Below, piece after piece: positions 1 to 24,150 of a DNA stretch of 64,000 nucleotides. The translations under genes were made by a program, and so were the position numbers. The stretch lies in NCBI RefSeq assembly GCF_009914755.1, contig NC_060925.1; one strand, 5' to 3'. Every line of letters begins with the position of its first letter. The first letter of the stretch is position 1. The DNA comes from the human T2T-CHM13v2.0 reference genome, Homo sapiens. The notes beneath the pieces are model-generated. The model saw only the letters and a program-made list of their open reading frames with translations. It had not been told where the DNA came from and searched no databases.

Positions 1-62
1 CATAGTTATGAATGCTTTTTGCTTTTTTTCTATTATTACCATTATTATTTTTTTCATTAGGT

Positions 63-362
<300 letters not shown>

Positions 363-1330
363 TTATTAAGCTTGTCAAGGAATAATTAAATATAGACTAT
401 ATTCTCTACCCTTTGATATTGTGGAGGAAAAATAATACTGCCACCATCAATATTTTTATTTCATATAAATATTATTATATATAATTTTTAACCTCCTTAA
501 TACAACTTTGCTTTCATATTTAAATGAAAATGGGGGGGTGGATTTTTGTCTGAGATTTTAACAATATCTTTTCCTTCCACAGATAACAAGATCTTAATTT
601 CGCTTGTAGTTTATAGCTGTATGAATAGGTAAAAGGGGATTCTTACTCGGATGCAAAACTCAGTAAGTTGACTAATTAATTCATAAGGAATATTTTACTG
701 TTAACATAGACGTGGGCTTATATGGGCCAATTGTTTCTTAATCTGTTTGTTTAATATGTCAGAAATAAGGTTTTGTGGCCGAATTCAAGCAGCCTATCCC
801 CTGTGTCACCAGAATTTCAAGACTTAAATCTCTCTTTAATTATGCTTTTCACTACTGGCTTCAACAAAGCTGAATAATTTTGTGTATGTGCCTCACATAC
901 ACATGCCCCATATAATAGGTAGACTACATTTCTTAGATAAAATACATACTTAACTCATTGCTCATGATATTTCTTTGAATTCCAGGAACATGACCAAAGA
1001 CTAATTTTCTAGGTTGTACAGGAAAACAAAAACCACACATACAGGCTAATAATGACTGATCTCAGAGCATATGAATTGAATGACTCTGATTCTCAAACTT
1101 TCAGTTGCCTGAATTGAGAGGCCTTTTCTTATTCTTGCATCACTTCATATTAAGCCCTTCTGAAGTTCCTTCCTAACTTGAAGCAGCACCCTCTTTATGG
1201 AAAAATACAGTTCTCAATGAAGGTAAGTATGGCAACTATGATCTCTGTTAGAACAGCCCAACAAATGCTCAAAGCTCACGTACAGGAGAGGGCAGGTTTG
1301 CCTGACCACACTGGGTGAGCAGCAGAATTA

Positions 1331-1751
<421 letters not shown>

Positions 1752-1849
1752 TCATAATAAACTGTACCAAATTTTAAAGAGAAATATTCTACATGAGATC
1801 ATTAAGATCCTGACTATAAACTGTGAATAAGAAACCAGAAAACACCAGT

Positions 1850-2150
<301 letters not shown>

Positions 2151-2403
2151 CAGAAAATCTTTGTCATTTTAAAATGGTTTCTGGGTGGTAGTCGCAAATT
2201 GCAAAAATACTACAGTTTTACAAGGTGCATTTTATAGCTCCAGAGAGAATTCATCTTTTGTTTGGGGAAGCAATTCAACAGGTCTTTGGGTGATGTAAAG
2301 ACAGTACTCACAGACTAGTGTGTGGAAATAAGAAGGGGCCAAACCGCTCCGTATATTAAAGATTTTGTTCCTTGGGTACAGAGACAATCAAGTGATTACC
2401 TGA

Positions 2404-2742
<339 letters not shown>

Positions 2743-2827
2743 GTAATTGGAATTATTTTATCTGGATAATAAAATACAGTGATCTCAGGATGCCAAAAAT
2801 AAAAACAAACATCAACCAACTTGGTAA

Positions 2828-3673
<846 letters not shown>

Positions 3674-4502
3674 TGAGATAGTTTGGAACCCTGGTACAGG
3701 ATCTACATGCACCTTAGACTGGTACTTCCCCAAGGATTGCGTCAAGAGCAACTACCAAATGGATTTTCAGAGTCCAGACTGTTCAATTAATCTCATCCAC
3801 ACACTCCCCTCTTCCCTCAGTTCTCTGTTCTCTTGCAGCCTCTGCCTTCAAAATCTGTCCAATGAGTGGCCCTATGGCCACTGTTCCTTGGGAAATTGTA
3901 ATTCCAGCTAATGGGGAGGGATTTTTTTTCTTAGTCTCTTCATAAGCATTCAAGGGAAATGCCTCTGGCTTTGCTCAGATGCTGGCTCTCTTCCACTCAG
4001 TTCCTGTCAGCTCCTGGAGGAAGAGAAAGCAGCTATACTTTCTGGAGAGAAGATTATGAGGGAGTCGGGTGGGGCAGGTACTCCCTTTGCAATTCAGTTT
4101 ACTCATCATTGAGAGCAGCAATGATTTCCTACGGACTTCACAGAAAATAAGTACAACTCATACTAACCAAGAAGGGCAATTTTTTTTTTTTTTCCTTTTG
4201 GGACATTACATCTCAAAGTTAAGAAACAAAACATTAGAAATTGCTGATGGTTTGGCTGTTCCTTTTAAACAACACATCCTGGTCATTGAAGCATTTGCTC
4301 TTTCCTAGACCTGTCTTATATTATACCCTGGCCATACATTACTTTTTATTTCTCATGAAAAAAGGGAAACACCATCTCAAATTAGCATTCTTTTCTTTTG
4401 TATTCCAAATTTTCTCCTGATGGAAGGCTGTCCTACTGTCAAGAACAATTTTTAAGAGCAAAGCAATCTCAATTTGTATTTATATATATATTTTTAATTT
4501 TA

Positions 4503-4820
4503 GGTGGGGTACAGTGGCTCATGCTTGTAATCCCAGCTCTTTGGGAGGCTGAGGTGGGAGCATCACTTGAGCCCAGGAGTTCAGGACCAGCCTGGGCAAC
4601 ATAGTGAGACCCCATCTCTACAAAAGATACCAAAAAAAAAATAGTCAGATGTGGTGTCACGCATCTGTAGTCTCAGCTACTCAGGAGGGTGAGGCAAGAA
4701 GATTGCTTGAGCCTGGAAGGTTGAGGCTGAGGTGAGATGTGATTGTACTACTGCACTCCAGCCTGGGTGACAAAGTAAGATCCTGTTTCTCAAAAATAAA
4801 ATAAAATAAAATAAAACAAA
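4503..4820 (+). mobile_element. AluJ
   Basis: TTGAGCCCAGGAGTTC / GGTTGAGGCTG diagnostics; (AAAAT)n tail. Confidence 0.85.
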
Positions 4821-4924
4821 ATATTTATTTAATTGGAGAATTCTGTCTGCCTAAATTCCCCTAACACATTTTCTGCTGGATAGAGGCCAGGAGAAGTAAA
4901 TGGTAGGCCACTTTGACAGCCCCT

Positions 4925-4927
<3 letters not shown>

Positions 4928-4961
<34 letters not shown>
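4928..4961. repeat. (CA)n microsatellite
   Basis: About 16 uninterrupted CA units. Confidence 0.95.
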
Positions 4962-4964
<3 letters not shown>

Positions 4965-5355
4965 TATCCCTTACTCCCACTACATTTATTTGTTTTGACA
5001 TGATATAAAGATAAGGAATATTTGAAAAAAATACTTCAGAGATGTAATGGCTCTTTTTCAAATATGTGCGGGGATTTCACTTCTTTAAGGAAGTATTTCT
5101 TGAACCACACCCTCCAAGTGATGTCAACTTCATAATTTGTACTACCATAGCATCATAGCAGTCTCAAAGTACAGATACGTACTTTGATTATAATTGTACC
5201 TTAACATTTATTAGTGTAATTACATTTGAATATGGCCTCTCCTCTAGCTTCATTTGATCATGAACTGTTTCTGGCTTGGTCACTATTATATCCCCTGTAT
5301 CAAATATGCTGCCTGATACACAGTAAGAGCCCAATAATTATTTGTCAAGTGCATA

Positions 5356-6393
<1,038 letters not shown>

Positions 6394-6459
6394 GAGAAAG
6401 GAATGGGTGGTTCAAGTGGTAGTATTCAGAAAAATGGGCAGAATCACAAGGGAGGCAGA

Positions 6460-8070
<1,611 letters not shown>

Positions 8071-8229
8071 AATACATCCATCCATAGAACAAAGGGATTT
8101 TATAACATTTCTATCTGACAATACCTAATTCGTGATTTCATTAGCTCTTTATCTGTCAGAGATGTTAAAGAAATGATTCATGCATTGGTTGGGAGGTAGG
8201 ATATGATGACTTAGAAAGTTTCTTCCAGG

Positions 8230-8567
8230 GGCCCGGCACAGTGGGTCGCGCCTGTAATCTCAGCACTTTGGGAGGCCGAGGAGGGCAGATCACGAGGTCA
8301 AGAGATCGAGACCCTCCTGGCCAACATGGAGAAACCCCGTCTCTACTAAAAATACAAAATAAGTTCAAGCAATTCTCCTGCCTCAGCCTCCCGAGTAGCT
8401 GGGACTACAGGTGCATGGCACCATGTCCAGCTAATTTTTTGTATTTGTAGTAGAGATGGGGTTTCACCATATTGGCCAGGATGGTCTCCATTTCTTTACC
8501 TCGTGCTCCACCTGCCTCAGCCTCCCAAAGAGCTGGGATTACAGGTGTGAGCCATCCTGCCTGGCCC
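8230..8567. mobile_element. Fold-back chimera of a sense Alu left arm and an antisense Alu (both AluSc-like)
   Basis: Sense Alu to the A-rich linker (~8360), then abrupt switch to antisense Alu. Confidence 0.85.
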
Positions 8568-8802
8568 ATTATTGTCTTTTTGAGATGTTACTCTGCAATA
8601 TTTATCTAAATGGGTGCTGGACAGAGTATTTACTGTTTTGGAAAATAAATGGTTGGATATATGAATTCAGTGATTAAGAGTATGAAATTTGTAGTAAGAG
8701 AGATGTGTTCATATTCAAAATCTGCCACAGTTGAGACCTTGAAAAAGCTACTTGACATTTCTCAGCCTCAGTTTATTGAACTATAAGATGAAAATAATAT
8801 CA

Positions 8803-9112
8803 GGGCAGGGTATGGTGGCTCATGCCTGTAATCCTAGCACTTTGGGAGGCTGAGGCAGGTGGATCAGGAGCTTGAGACCAACCTAGCCAACATGACGAAA
8901 CCCTGTCTCTACTAAAAGGACAAAAATTAGCCGGGTGTGTTGGCGCACACCTGTAGTCCTAGCTACTTAGATGGCTGAGGCAAGAGAATTGCTTGAACCC
9001 AGGAGGCGGAGGTTGCAGTGAGCTGAGATCACACTCCTGCACACTGCACTCCAGCCTGCGTGACAGAGCAAGACTCTGTCTAAAACAAACAAACAAACAA
9101 ACAAAAAAACAA
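8803..9112 (+). mobile_element. Alu (AluS-type), (AAAC)n tail
   Basis: Alu consensus. Confidence 0.85.
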
Positions 9113-9761
9113 AATAATTATTAGAAAATTACCTTAACTTTTGTGGTAAAAAAATTTAAGCACATAATTGAAAATATTTCACATTGTTAATTTAAATGTA
9201 GGCTTTCCTTATTCTAATAATTATCCAAATCAGCTATAATCAGGTGCTGTATCAAAGAGTCACTCCAGCCTGGGCAACAAAGCAATACCTTTCTTTACAA
9301 AAAATAAAAAAAATAAAAATTAGCCAGGTGTGGTGGCATGCACCTGGAGTCTCAGCTACTTGGGAGGGTGAGGTGGGAGGATCACTTGAGCCCAGGAGTT
9401 TGAGGCTGCAGTGAGCTGTAATTGAGTCACTGCACTCTGACATGGGCAATATAGAACAAGAAAAAAAAAATTCACAACTGCCATTTGGAAAGTTCCATTT
9501 ACTATATATTTTCATATTCCTAAATTGCTTTTTAGCAGTTTACTATTGTGTACTAAATTGTGGCCTAAAGTCATGTTTTTCTATGGCTAATAATAAATAA
9601 CAATTTTAGACAGTTATTTAAACAAAATGGCTACCTCCAAACAAACTATCACAACTTTTTTTTAGGAGTTACAGTAGAACCGCATAAAACCTAATACTAA
9701 TGGAATAATGTTAAATGATAAATAAATAAAGGACAAATTGATTTTTAAAAATACAAACAAA

Positions 9762-10167
<406 letters not shown>

Positions 10168-11189
10168 TTATTTTATTCTTGGGTGGCCTGTTTATATTTT
10201 ATCATGCATTCATTTTAACTGTTGAGAATACAGTGCAATGAAATATATTCCGTCAAAAGAAGAATCTAAATTGTCTCTTTAAAACAGCCTTACGATCATG
10301 ACAAATCTAGTCAGAAGTTACTTCAGTGAGATGCCAGAAAGGTCTGGGCTCATGAGCAAACCCCAGGGCGTCTTTTCAAAAACTTGTGGGTGAGAAATGA
10401 GCTCAACTGGGGCAGGGTGTGGTGTGCTACGTGAAGTCAAGATTTCAGAGAAGACACTGTTCCTCTCTCTCCCTGGGGAGGAACACTGCCAAGGATAGTA
10501 AATAGTCTTTTAAAAGTACTTAGACTTTCAACTCTATAAGGAAAAATACTACCTTTAATAGGAATTGTTTTATGTGCCAGGCCCAAAAGGTGGCCTTCCT
10601 TTCTTCCTTATTCCCCCTCCCTCCTTCCCTTCTTTCTCTCCTTTGTATGTTTCGAATTTTAATGTTTATAATATCTGTAAAATTAAAAAATAATCTATTT
10701 TTTTCTTTTGAAAATCCTAAAAGCTTCAGGTCTTTAACTGATTTTTTTTTTTTTTGCTTTTAATCTTTCTTTCATCACAAAAAGGAAAATAAAAAAGGAG
10801 TCTCAAGTAACACCAGCTTGGCTACTAAGGGACCCTTTGTGCCCCTGCTGGGTCAGCAAGGCCAATCAGAACAGTTTTATCACATAAGGGGCTGGTATTG
10901 TAGGAGGTGCAGGCCTGTCATATTAACTGTCTGTATTTTGTCCCACTTTATAGGCAGAGAAGACAAAATGGCGGCTTTTAAAAACCCTTCAGGGGATCTG
11001 GCACAGTGGCTAACACCTGTAATCCCAGCACTTTGGGAGGCTGAGGTTGCAGTGAGTCGAGATCACACCACTGGACTCCAGCCTGGGCAACAGAGTGAGA
11101 CTCTGTTTCAAAAAAGAAAAAACGAAAAAAAAAACAAGAAAAAGAAAAACCCTTCAAGGACTCCTCACTGCCCTCAGGACAAATTCTAA

Positions 11190-12745
<1,556 letters not shown>

Positions 12746-12769
12746 ATATGTTCATCTACCTGAGTATTC

Positions 12770-13300
12770 TCGTTCAGGGTCTCTCACAAGGCTGCAATCA
12801 AGGTGTTGTTGGCCCCGGGCTTACCTGGGTTTTCTGCTTCAAGGTCCCACCAGACTGTAGTCAAGATGTCAGCTTCACTGCATTCTCACCTGGAGGCTTG
12901 ACTGGAGAAGACTCCAATTCCAAGCTCCCTCTGTTTCCTTGCATTTGCAGGATTGCAAATTTCAGGGTTTTGTTGTTGTTGTTTTCTTATTGTTTGTTTG
13001 TGTTTTTGTTGGCTGGAGGCCACTCTCAGCTCCTAGAAGCTGCATGCAGTTCTCTGCCATGTGGTCCTCCACAGGCCATTCACAACATGGCAGCTGGTTT
13101 CCTCAAGGCCAGCCGAATTGTGAAAATAGTTTGTTGGCAAGAAGGAGTCTTACATAATGTAACATGATCTTGGGAGTGACATCTACTCACCTTTGTCAAA
13201 TAGCATAAAGTGTTCAGGGGAGTGAGTATCTCCTTTTCCATATTCTGTTAGAAGCAAGTCATAGGTCCTGCCTGCACTCAAGGAGAGGGGTTACACAAAC
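12770..13300 (-). mobile_element. MaLR MLT1-family LTR fragment
   Basis: CTGCAATCAAGGTGTT, CACAACATGGCAGCTGGTTTCCTCAAGGCCAGC and AAGCAAGTCA.AGGTCC.GCC..CACTCAAGG.GAGGG motifs. Confidence 0.6.
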
Positions 13301-13580
13301 CCCCTCCAAATGCACACCATTCTATTCTCAATACTTGGCACTCACAAGGCCAAACTTAGCAAATATATGTGTGTGTGTGTGTTTGTGTATACACACACAT
13401 ACAGGATTTGTTTTATGTGCCAGGCCCAAAAGGTGATTTCCTTCCTTCCTTCCTTATTCCCTCTCTCCCTCCCTCCCTCCTTCCCGCCTTCCCTTCTTTC
13501 TCTCCTTTCTTTCCATCATGAAGTTTTGTATATATATATACACACTCACACACACATATTTGCTAAGTTTAGCTTTGTGA

Positions 13581-13623
<43 letters not shown>

Positions 13624-13658
13624 TACACACATATATAGGTGTATATATATGTATATAG

Positions 13659-13933
<275 letters not shown>

Positions 13934-14826
13934 AACAAATATAATTTTTTAAACAAAAACTTACAGAGCTCTTATTCTGTGTCAGAAACTGCTCTAAACA
14001 CTTTATAAATATTAATCTTCACGGCAACTCTAGTCGGTAGGTCTTTTTATTAAGTAGGTCTTATTTCTTTTTCTACATTAATTTTTTTTTTTTTTTTTGG
14101 AGAGACAGGGTCTCACTATGTTGCCCAGGCTAGCTCTCGGATTCCCAGGCTCAAGCAATTCTCCTGCCTCGGCCTACCGAAGTGCTGGGATTATGGGTGT
14201 GAGCCACCACGCCAGGCCTGATAGGTTTTATTTATGTCTGCATTTGGGAATCAAGGCATGGAGACATCAGTTAACTTGTTGAAGGTCATAGTAACTGCAG
14301 AGCCAAGACTCCAACTCTTGTAGTCTGGCTTCAGAGTTCATATTCTTACCTATTATGCTAAGCAGTTAATGACAAATTAAATGAATAAATAAATGCTTTG
14401 GGGGGACACAGGAAATAATTACCCAGCAGCTCTGAGAACCCAAGGAAGTTTTGAAACCACACTTTTGTAATTCAATTTTTTTCTTTTTTTGTTTTTGTAA
14501 TTCAATTTTGATGTCAAGCCAGTTAGCACTGCCAGAGACTTTTGTTGCAACATCGGTTCTTTCTTCCACTAATATTCAGTAACACAGGCCAAGGGGAGAT
14601 ATGAGGTCTGGAGCAAAAAATGTTGAGGAAGTTTTTGCTGTGCCTAAGATATTACCTGGAAAATAAAAACAAAGTTAATTTGTTGTCTATTCATAAAGAA
14701 GGAATAGGTGACCAGGAGATATCTCCAACAAAAATAACTTGTGGTATATCGTATGTGTGAGAAGGATAAGAGATAAAATGCACAATAAATTCAGACATGT
14801 TCACTTAGAGTAGAGCTGAAAAACTA

Positions 14827-15408
<582 letters not shown>

Positions 15409-15795
15409 TTAAGTATTTGACCTAGGACTCATAATGGTTACAAGCCATTTAGTTTTAAGAGAAGAAAATATATTGGAATAATTGATTATGGTGGTTGAGG
15501 TTTTTAATGACTGGATTATTTTTACACTCATTACCTTCAGAGGATCTCTGTTATATGGCAATAGATTGACTTCTGATCCTCCTGTTTTTTCTTAACTACT
15601 TGTTCTTTCCTTTAGTTAATCTCTTAACTTATGAGAAATTTTGTCTCCTTATCTATGAATTAAGGGAGGTGAACCAGGTAATTTCCAGTCAACAACACAG
15701 GAATAAAATTTCAAGTCCACTCCTCCACACTATAAAGACCATACCTCAGTGTGGAATCCTGTGGTTGTGTACCTCCTGTAATTATCACACATTGA

Positions 15796-20365
<4,570 letters not shown>

Positions 20366-20754
20366 ATCTTTCTGAGCCATTTAAGAATTACAGACATCAT
20401 ATTCTTTTACCCCTAAATATTTTAGTATGTCTTTCCTAGGAACATAAACATTCTTTTACATAACCACAGCACAATGACCAAAATCAATTTATTTAGTCAT
20501 TTGTTCATATCCGCAACACACATGAAATAGCTCCAGAATTTTTTCATTTGATCAAATATCTTGTGTGGCTTTTAGGCATCTTTTATAACTCTCCTTACAC
20601 AGATTTTGCACATTTTGCGCTAAATTTATACTTAATTTTTTTTGTTGCTGTTATAAATGGGATTTTCTCCACCATCGTGTCTTCTAAATGTTATAATGTG
20701 TGTATATGAGAGCTATTGATTTCTATATGTTCATTTTATAACTTGCTACCTTAC

Positions 20755-21409
20755 TGATATGGTTTGTCTCTGTGTCCCCACCCAAATCTCACCTTGAATT
20801 GTAATAATCTTCATGTGTCAAGGGCCAGACCAGGTGGAGATAATTGAATCACTGGCGTGGTTTCTGCCATAGTGTTCTCGTGATAGTGAGTTCTCATTAG
20901 ATCTGTTTTTTTTTTTTTTTTTTTGAGACAGTCTCGCTCTGTCATCCAGGCTGGAGTGCAGTGGTGAAATCTAGGCTCACTGCAACCTCCGCCTCCCAGG
21001 TTTAAGCGATTCTCCTGCCTCAACCTCCTAAGTAGCTGGGACTACAGGTGCGTGCCACCACACCCAGCTAATTTTTGTATTTTTAATAGAGACAGGGTTT
21101 CACTATGTTGGCCAGGCTGATCTCAAACTCTTGACCTCGTGATTTGCCCGCCTCAGCCTCCAAAGTGCTGGGATTACAGGCGTGAGCCACCGCGCCTGGC
21201 AGATATGATGGTTTTGTAAGGGGCTTCCCCCTTTGCTCAGCACTCATTCTCTCTCCTGCTGCCCTGTGAAGAGGTGCCTTCCACCAGGATAGTAAGTTGC
21301 CTGAGGCCTCTGCAGCCATGCAGAACTGTGAGTCAATTAAACCTCTTTTCTTTATAAATTACCCAGTCTTGGGTATCTCTTGATAGCAGTGTGAAAACGG
21401 ACTAATACA
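20755..21409 (+). mobile_element. THE1-family (THE1D-like) solo LTR split by an antisense Alu at ~20906-21200
   Basis: Starts TGATATGGTTTG..TGTGTCCCCACCCAAATCTCA and ends GTGTGAAAACGGACTAATACA; 5-bp TSD CTTAC/CTAAC. Confidence 0.85.
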
Positions 21410-23049
21410 CTAACCAAAATTTTTCTGTGGTTTGTTAGTCTTATTGTTGACTCTCAAGGGCTTTCCAGGTATTCTCTCTTGTCATTTGCAAGTCGAAGTA
21501 GTTTTATGACTTTTTAAAATTCTTAAAAAATAATTTTTTAATTCTTATATATTTTTTCTAATTTATAAGCCTCTTAGGATTTCTGTTGTCTAACTTCATT
21601 AGCTGATACCTTTGGTGTAATGTCAAAAAATCATAGGTAGTGTGAACATCGTTGCCTTGTTTTCTTCAATCAGCTCTTAAAAGACCATGTATATAAAAAG
21701 TATTTCGAAGGACAGAAATAACTCTAGTGTTAGACATTTCTGGACATTTAGCTGGCAAGATGAGATTATGGCCCCTCTTATGCCTAGTAACCAGAATAAC
21801 AAACAAATGAAACTTCAGCAAAAAAGGGTAAAAGTACAAATGTGATTTTATAGTAGTTCATTAAAAACATTGAGCTGGACCTCAGTTCTATCTTTTTTCT
21901 TTAAAGGATTGCTAACTAATAATTTTGCTCTTTACTCAGTCATTCATCTATGACTTATAGAATGCCTATAATATTCCAGACATTATCTTAGGTTCTTTCT
22001 CATTTTTTACTATACCCATGTGAAATAGGTATTAGCTTCATTTCATAAAAGGACATTGGAGTTTGGAGTGGTTAAATGACTTACCCAAAGTCACACAGTT
22101 AGTAAGCGTAGACTGATTTTGAATCTGGGTCTCCTAGTTTGAATTAATAAGTGCTCAATAATAAATAATAACTAAAGGTTATTTAGTGTTTACTGTTTTA
22201 CATACTTCATTTATATCGATTGGTTTAATACAACCACCAAATGGCATTTTCATCTTTATTGTCTGTTTTTTATAGATGAGAAAACTGATAGCACAAGTAG
22301 CTTGCCAAAGATCACAAGCAATAAAGCTGAAATTGTCTTCAGATCCCATGATTAAGAAACCAATCACTACACTATAAACCAATCACTACACTATTCTTCT
22401 TTCAAAGAAACGAAGGAAGTTCTAGGATCATGAGAGATGGAGAGTATTCAATCTCCTGAATGTAAATCTACCAGCATTACTTACCAAGTTTAAGTTTTTC
22501 TGTTGTTACTTGAGGCAGTGGGTGATTATGCAATTGGTAAAGGGAATGAAAAGGCCTTTGCACCCAAGAAAGTAGAAGAAAGGCGCCTGAATCTCTTTAT
22601 GATAGGTGGTATGTTAAATCTAGGTATTTTCGTATTTCAACATATTCCACTTCTTGCAAAAGCTGCAAAATGCAACACAACTTTAAATGTAAACATAGCT
22701 TCCAAGGGCACAGTGCTGAACATATAATAACCTGTGTGTGCACACCCACACTAGGTTATGTAACAGGACTGTAAACACTGGTCCTGGAATGGCCTGGGAG
22801 GTCATCTAGGTCCTCCACCATCTTTCTGCAGAGTACTGAGGCCTAGCGACGTTAAGTCTGCAAACTCACAAAGATGACCCCGGGCTTATACTACCTTAGG
22901 TTACCTACTACCTTTGCTTGCATTTCCTCTCTCCTTTCCTGTCTGTTTGTGCAAAAGAAAAAAGGCCTGGCTTCGCCTTCTTGGGAGCCAAAACACAACC
23001 AAACAGAGAGCGAGTTTGGAGCCCGGCCAGGCATCTTGTGAACTGCACA

Positions 23050-24150
23050 CAAAATAACTAGCCCAAGGTCAGAGAGCGCGCCAGGCCCGCCCTGAAAGTT
23101 TCTCCGCAGGAAAATCCACCGCCCTTTCCCAACCACCCGCGTGGGTGGCTCGGAAATCCGCCACCCTGGGGACACAGCTCCCTGCCCATCTCTGTGGCCC
23201 GCTTGTGCCCCGTGCCGCTGGGCCGACTAAGAGCCTCGGGCTCGCACCTCCCAGTACAACCTAGGGACGTCAGGGGTCCTGGGACCCACGAGCCGCTCTC
23301 TGCCGGCCGGCTCCTGGCCCCTCCTAGCAGACCCAACCGACATCCTTCACCCTCAGTTAGTGCGCAGGAGGGACCGGGACGCCAGCCGACTGCGCTCCAG
23401 AACTATTCCCATTGGGCCAGAGAATGAGTGACGCACTAGGCCCCGCCCCGGCCCGGTGGGTTACTCCTTTCATGCCCGGCCCCCATCCCTAGCCCCGCCC
23501 CGGCGCCCCGGGCCGCGGCCGCCTCCGCGTCCGCGTCGTCGTCTGTGCTCCCGGCGCTGACGTGTCTGGGCGGTCGGCTTCCACTCCTTCAGGCGTCGGC
23601 AGCCACTAGTCGTGGCGAGAGGGGCGGGGTGGCCGGGGCTGGCGCTCCACTTGGCCCCCGCTCCCGGCCCGCCCCGCCGCCGCGGCCCCCCGGATGAGGG
23701 TATATATTCGGAGCGAGCGCGGGACGCCGATGAGTGGCCGCGCGGAAGGAGCTGGAGACGGTCGTAGCTGCGGTCGCGCCGAGAAAGGTGAGGGGCTCCC
23801 AGCCCAGCGAGGAGACGGCGGGGCTCGGGACCCGGGCGGGCGGAGGGCCTGGCCCCACCGCACACACGGCCACGCGCTCAGACGTGGACACGCGTCGCAC
23901 GAACGTGCACAGCGCGGGCAGCCGAGCACACGCCGAGGAGCCTCCCGCTCGCCCGCAGACACACACCCCAGCCCGTGCGCCCCGCAGTCGCACCCCATCC
24001 TCCGCCACCCCGCGAGAGGGTGTGTGGGCTGGGCAGCCGGGTGGATGGCGGGGCCAGGGATGGAATGAGCGCGCCCCAGATGGACTGGGGGCGTTGTGGG
24101 AGGAGGTCTGGGCCAGTGTCTGAGTCCGAGGGGGTCGTGTAGGCGTGTGG
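23050..24150. promoter_or_regulatory. UAP1: CpG-island promoter of UAP1
   Basis: Abrupt GC- and CpG-rich zone; GC boxes at 23441-23449 and 23493-23501; inverted CCAAT at 23411-23415; CRE-like GGACGTCA 23265-23272, TGACGCA 23429-23435 and TGACGTGT 23558-23565; TATA-like TATATAT at 23701. Confidence 0.9.
23530..23787 (+). other. UAP1: UAP1 non-coding exon 1 (5' end approximate)
   Basis: Strong donor AAG|GTGAGG at 23787/23788 within the CpG island; the TSS cannot be read from sequence. Confidence 0.75.

Noticed and set aside
12748-13167. 139-aa ORF
   Set aside because: Lies within an MLT1-family LTR fragment
23411-23421. ERSE-II-like ATTGG-N-CCAGA
   Set aside because: Two mismatches to CCACG; counted only as a CCAAT box
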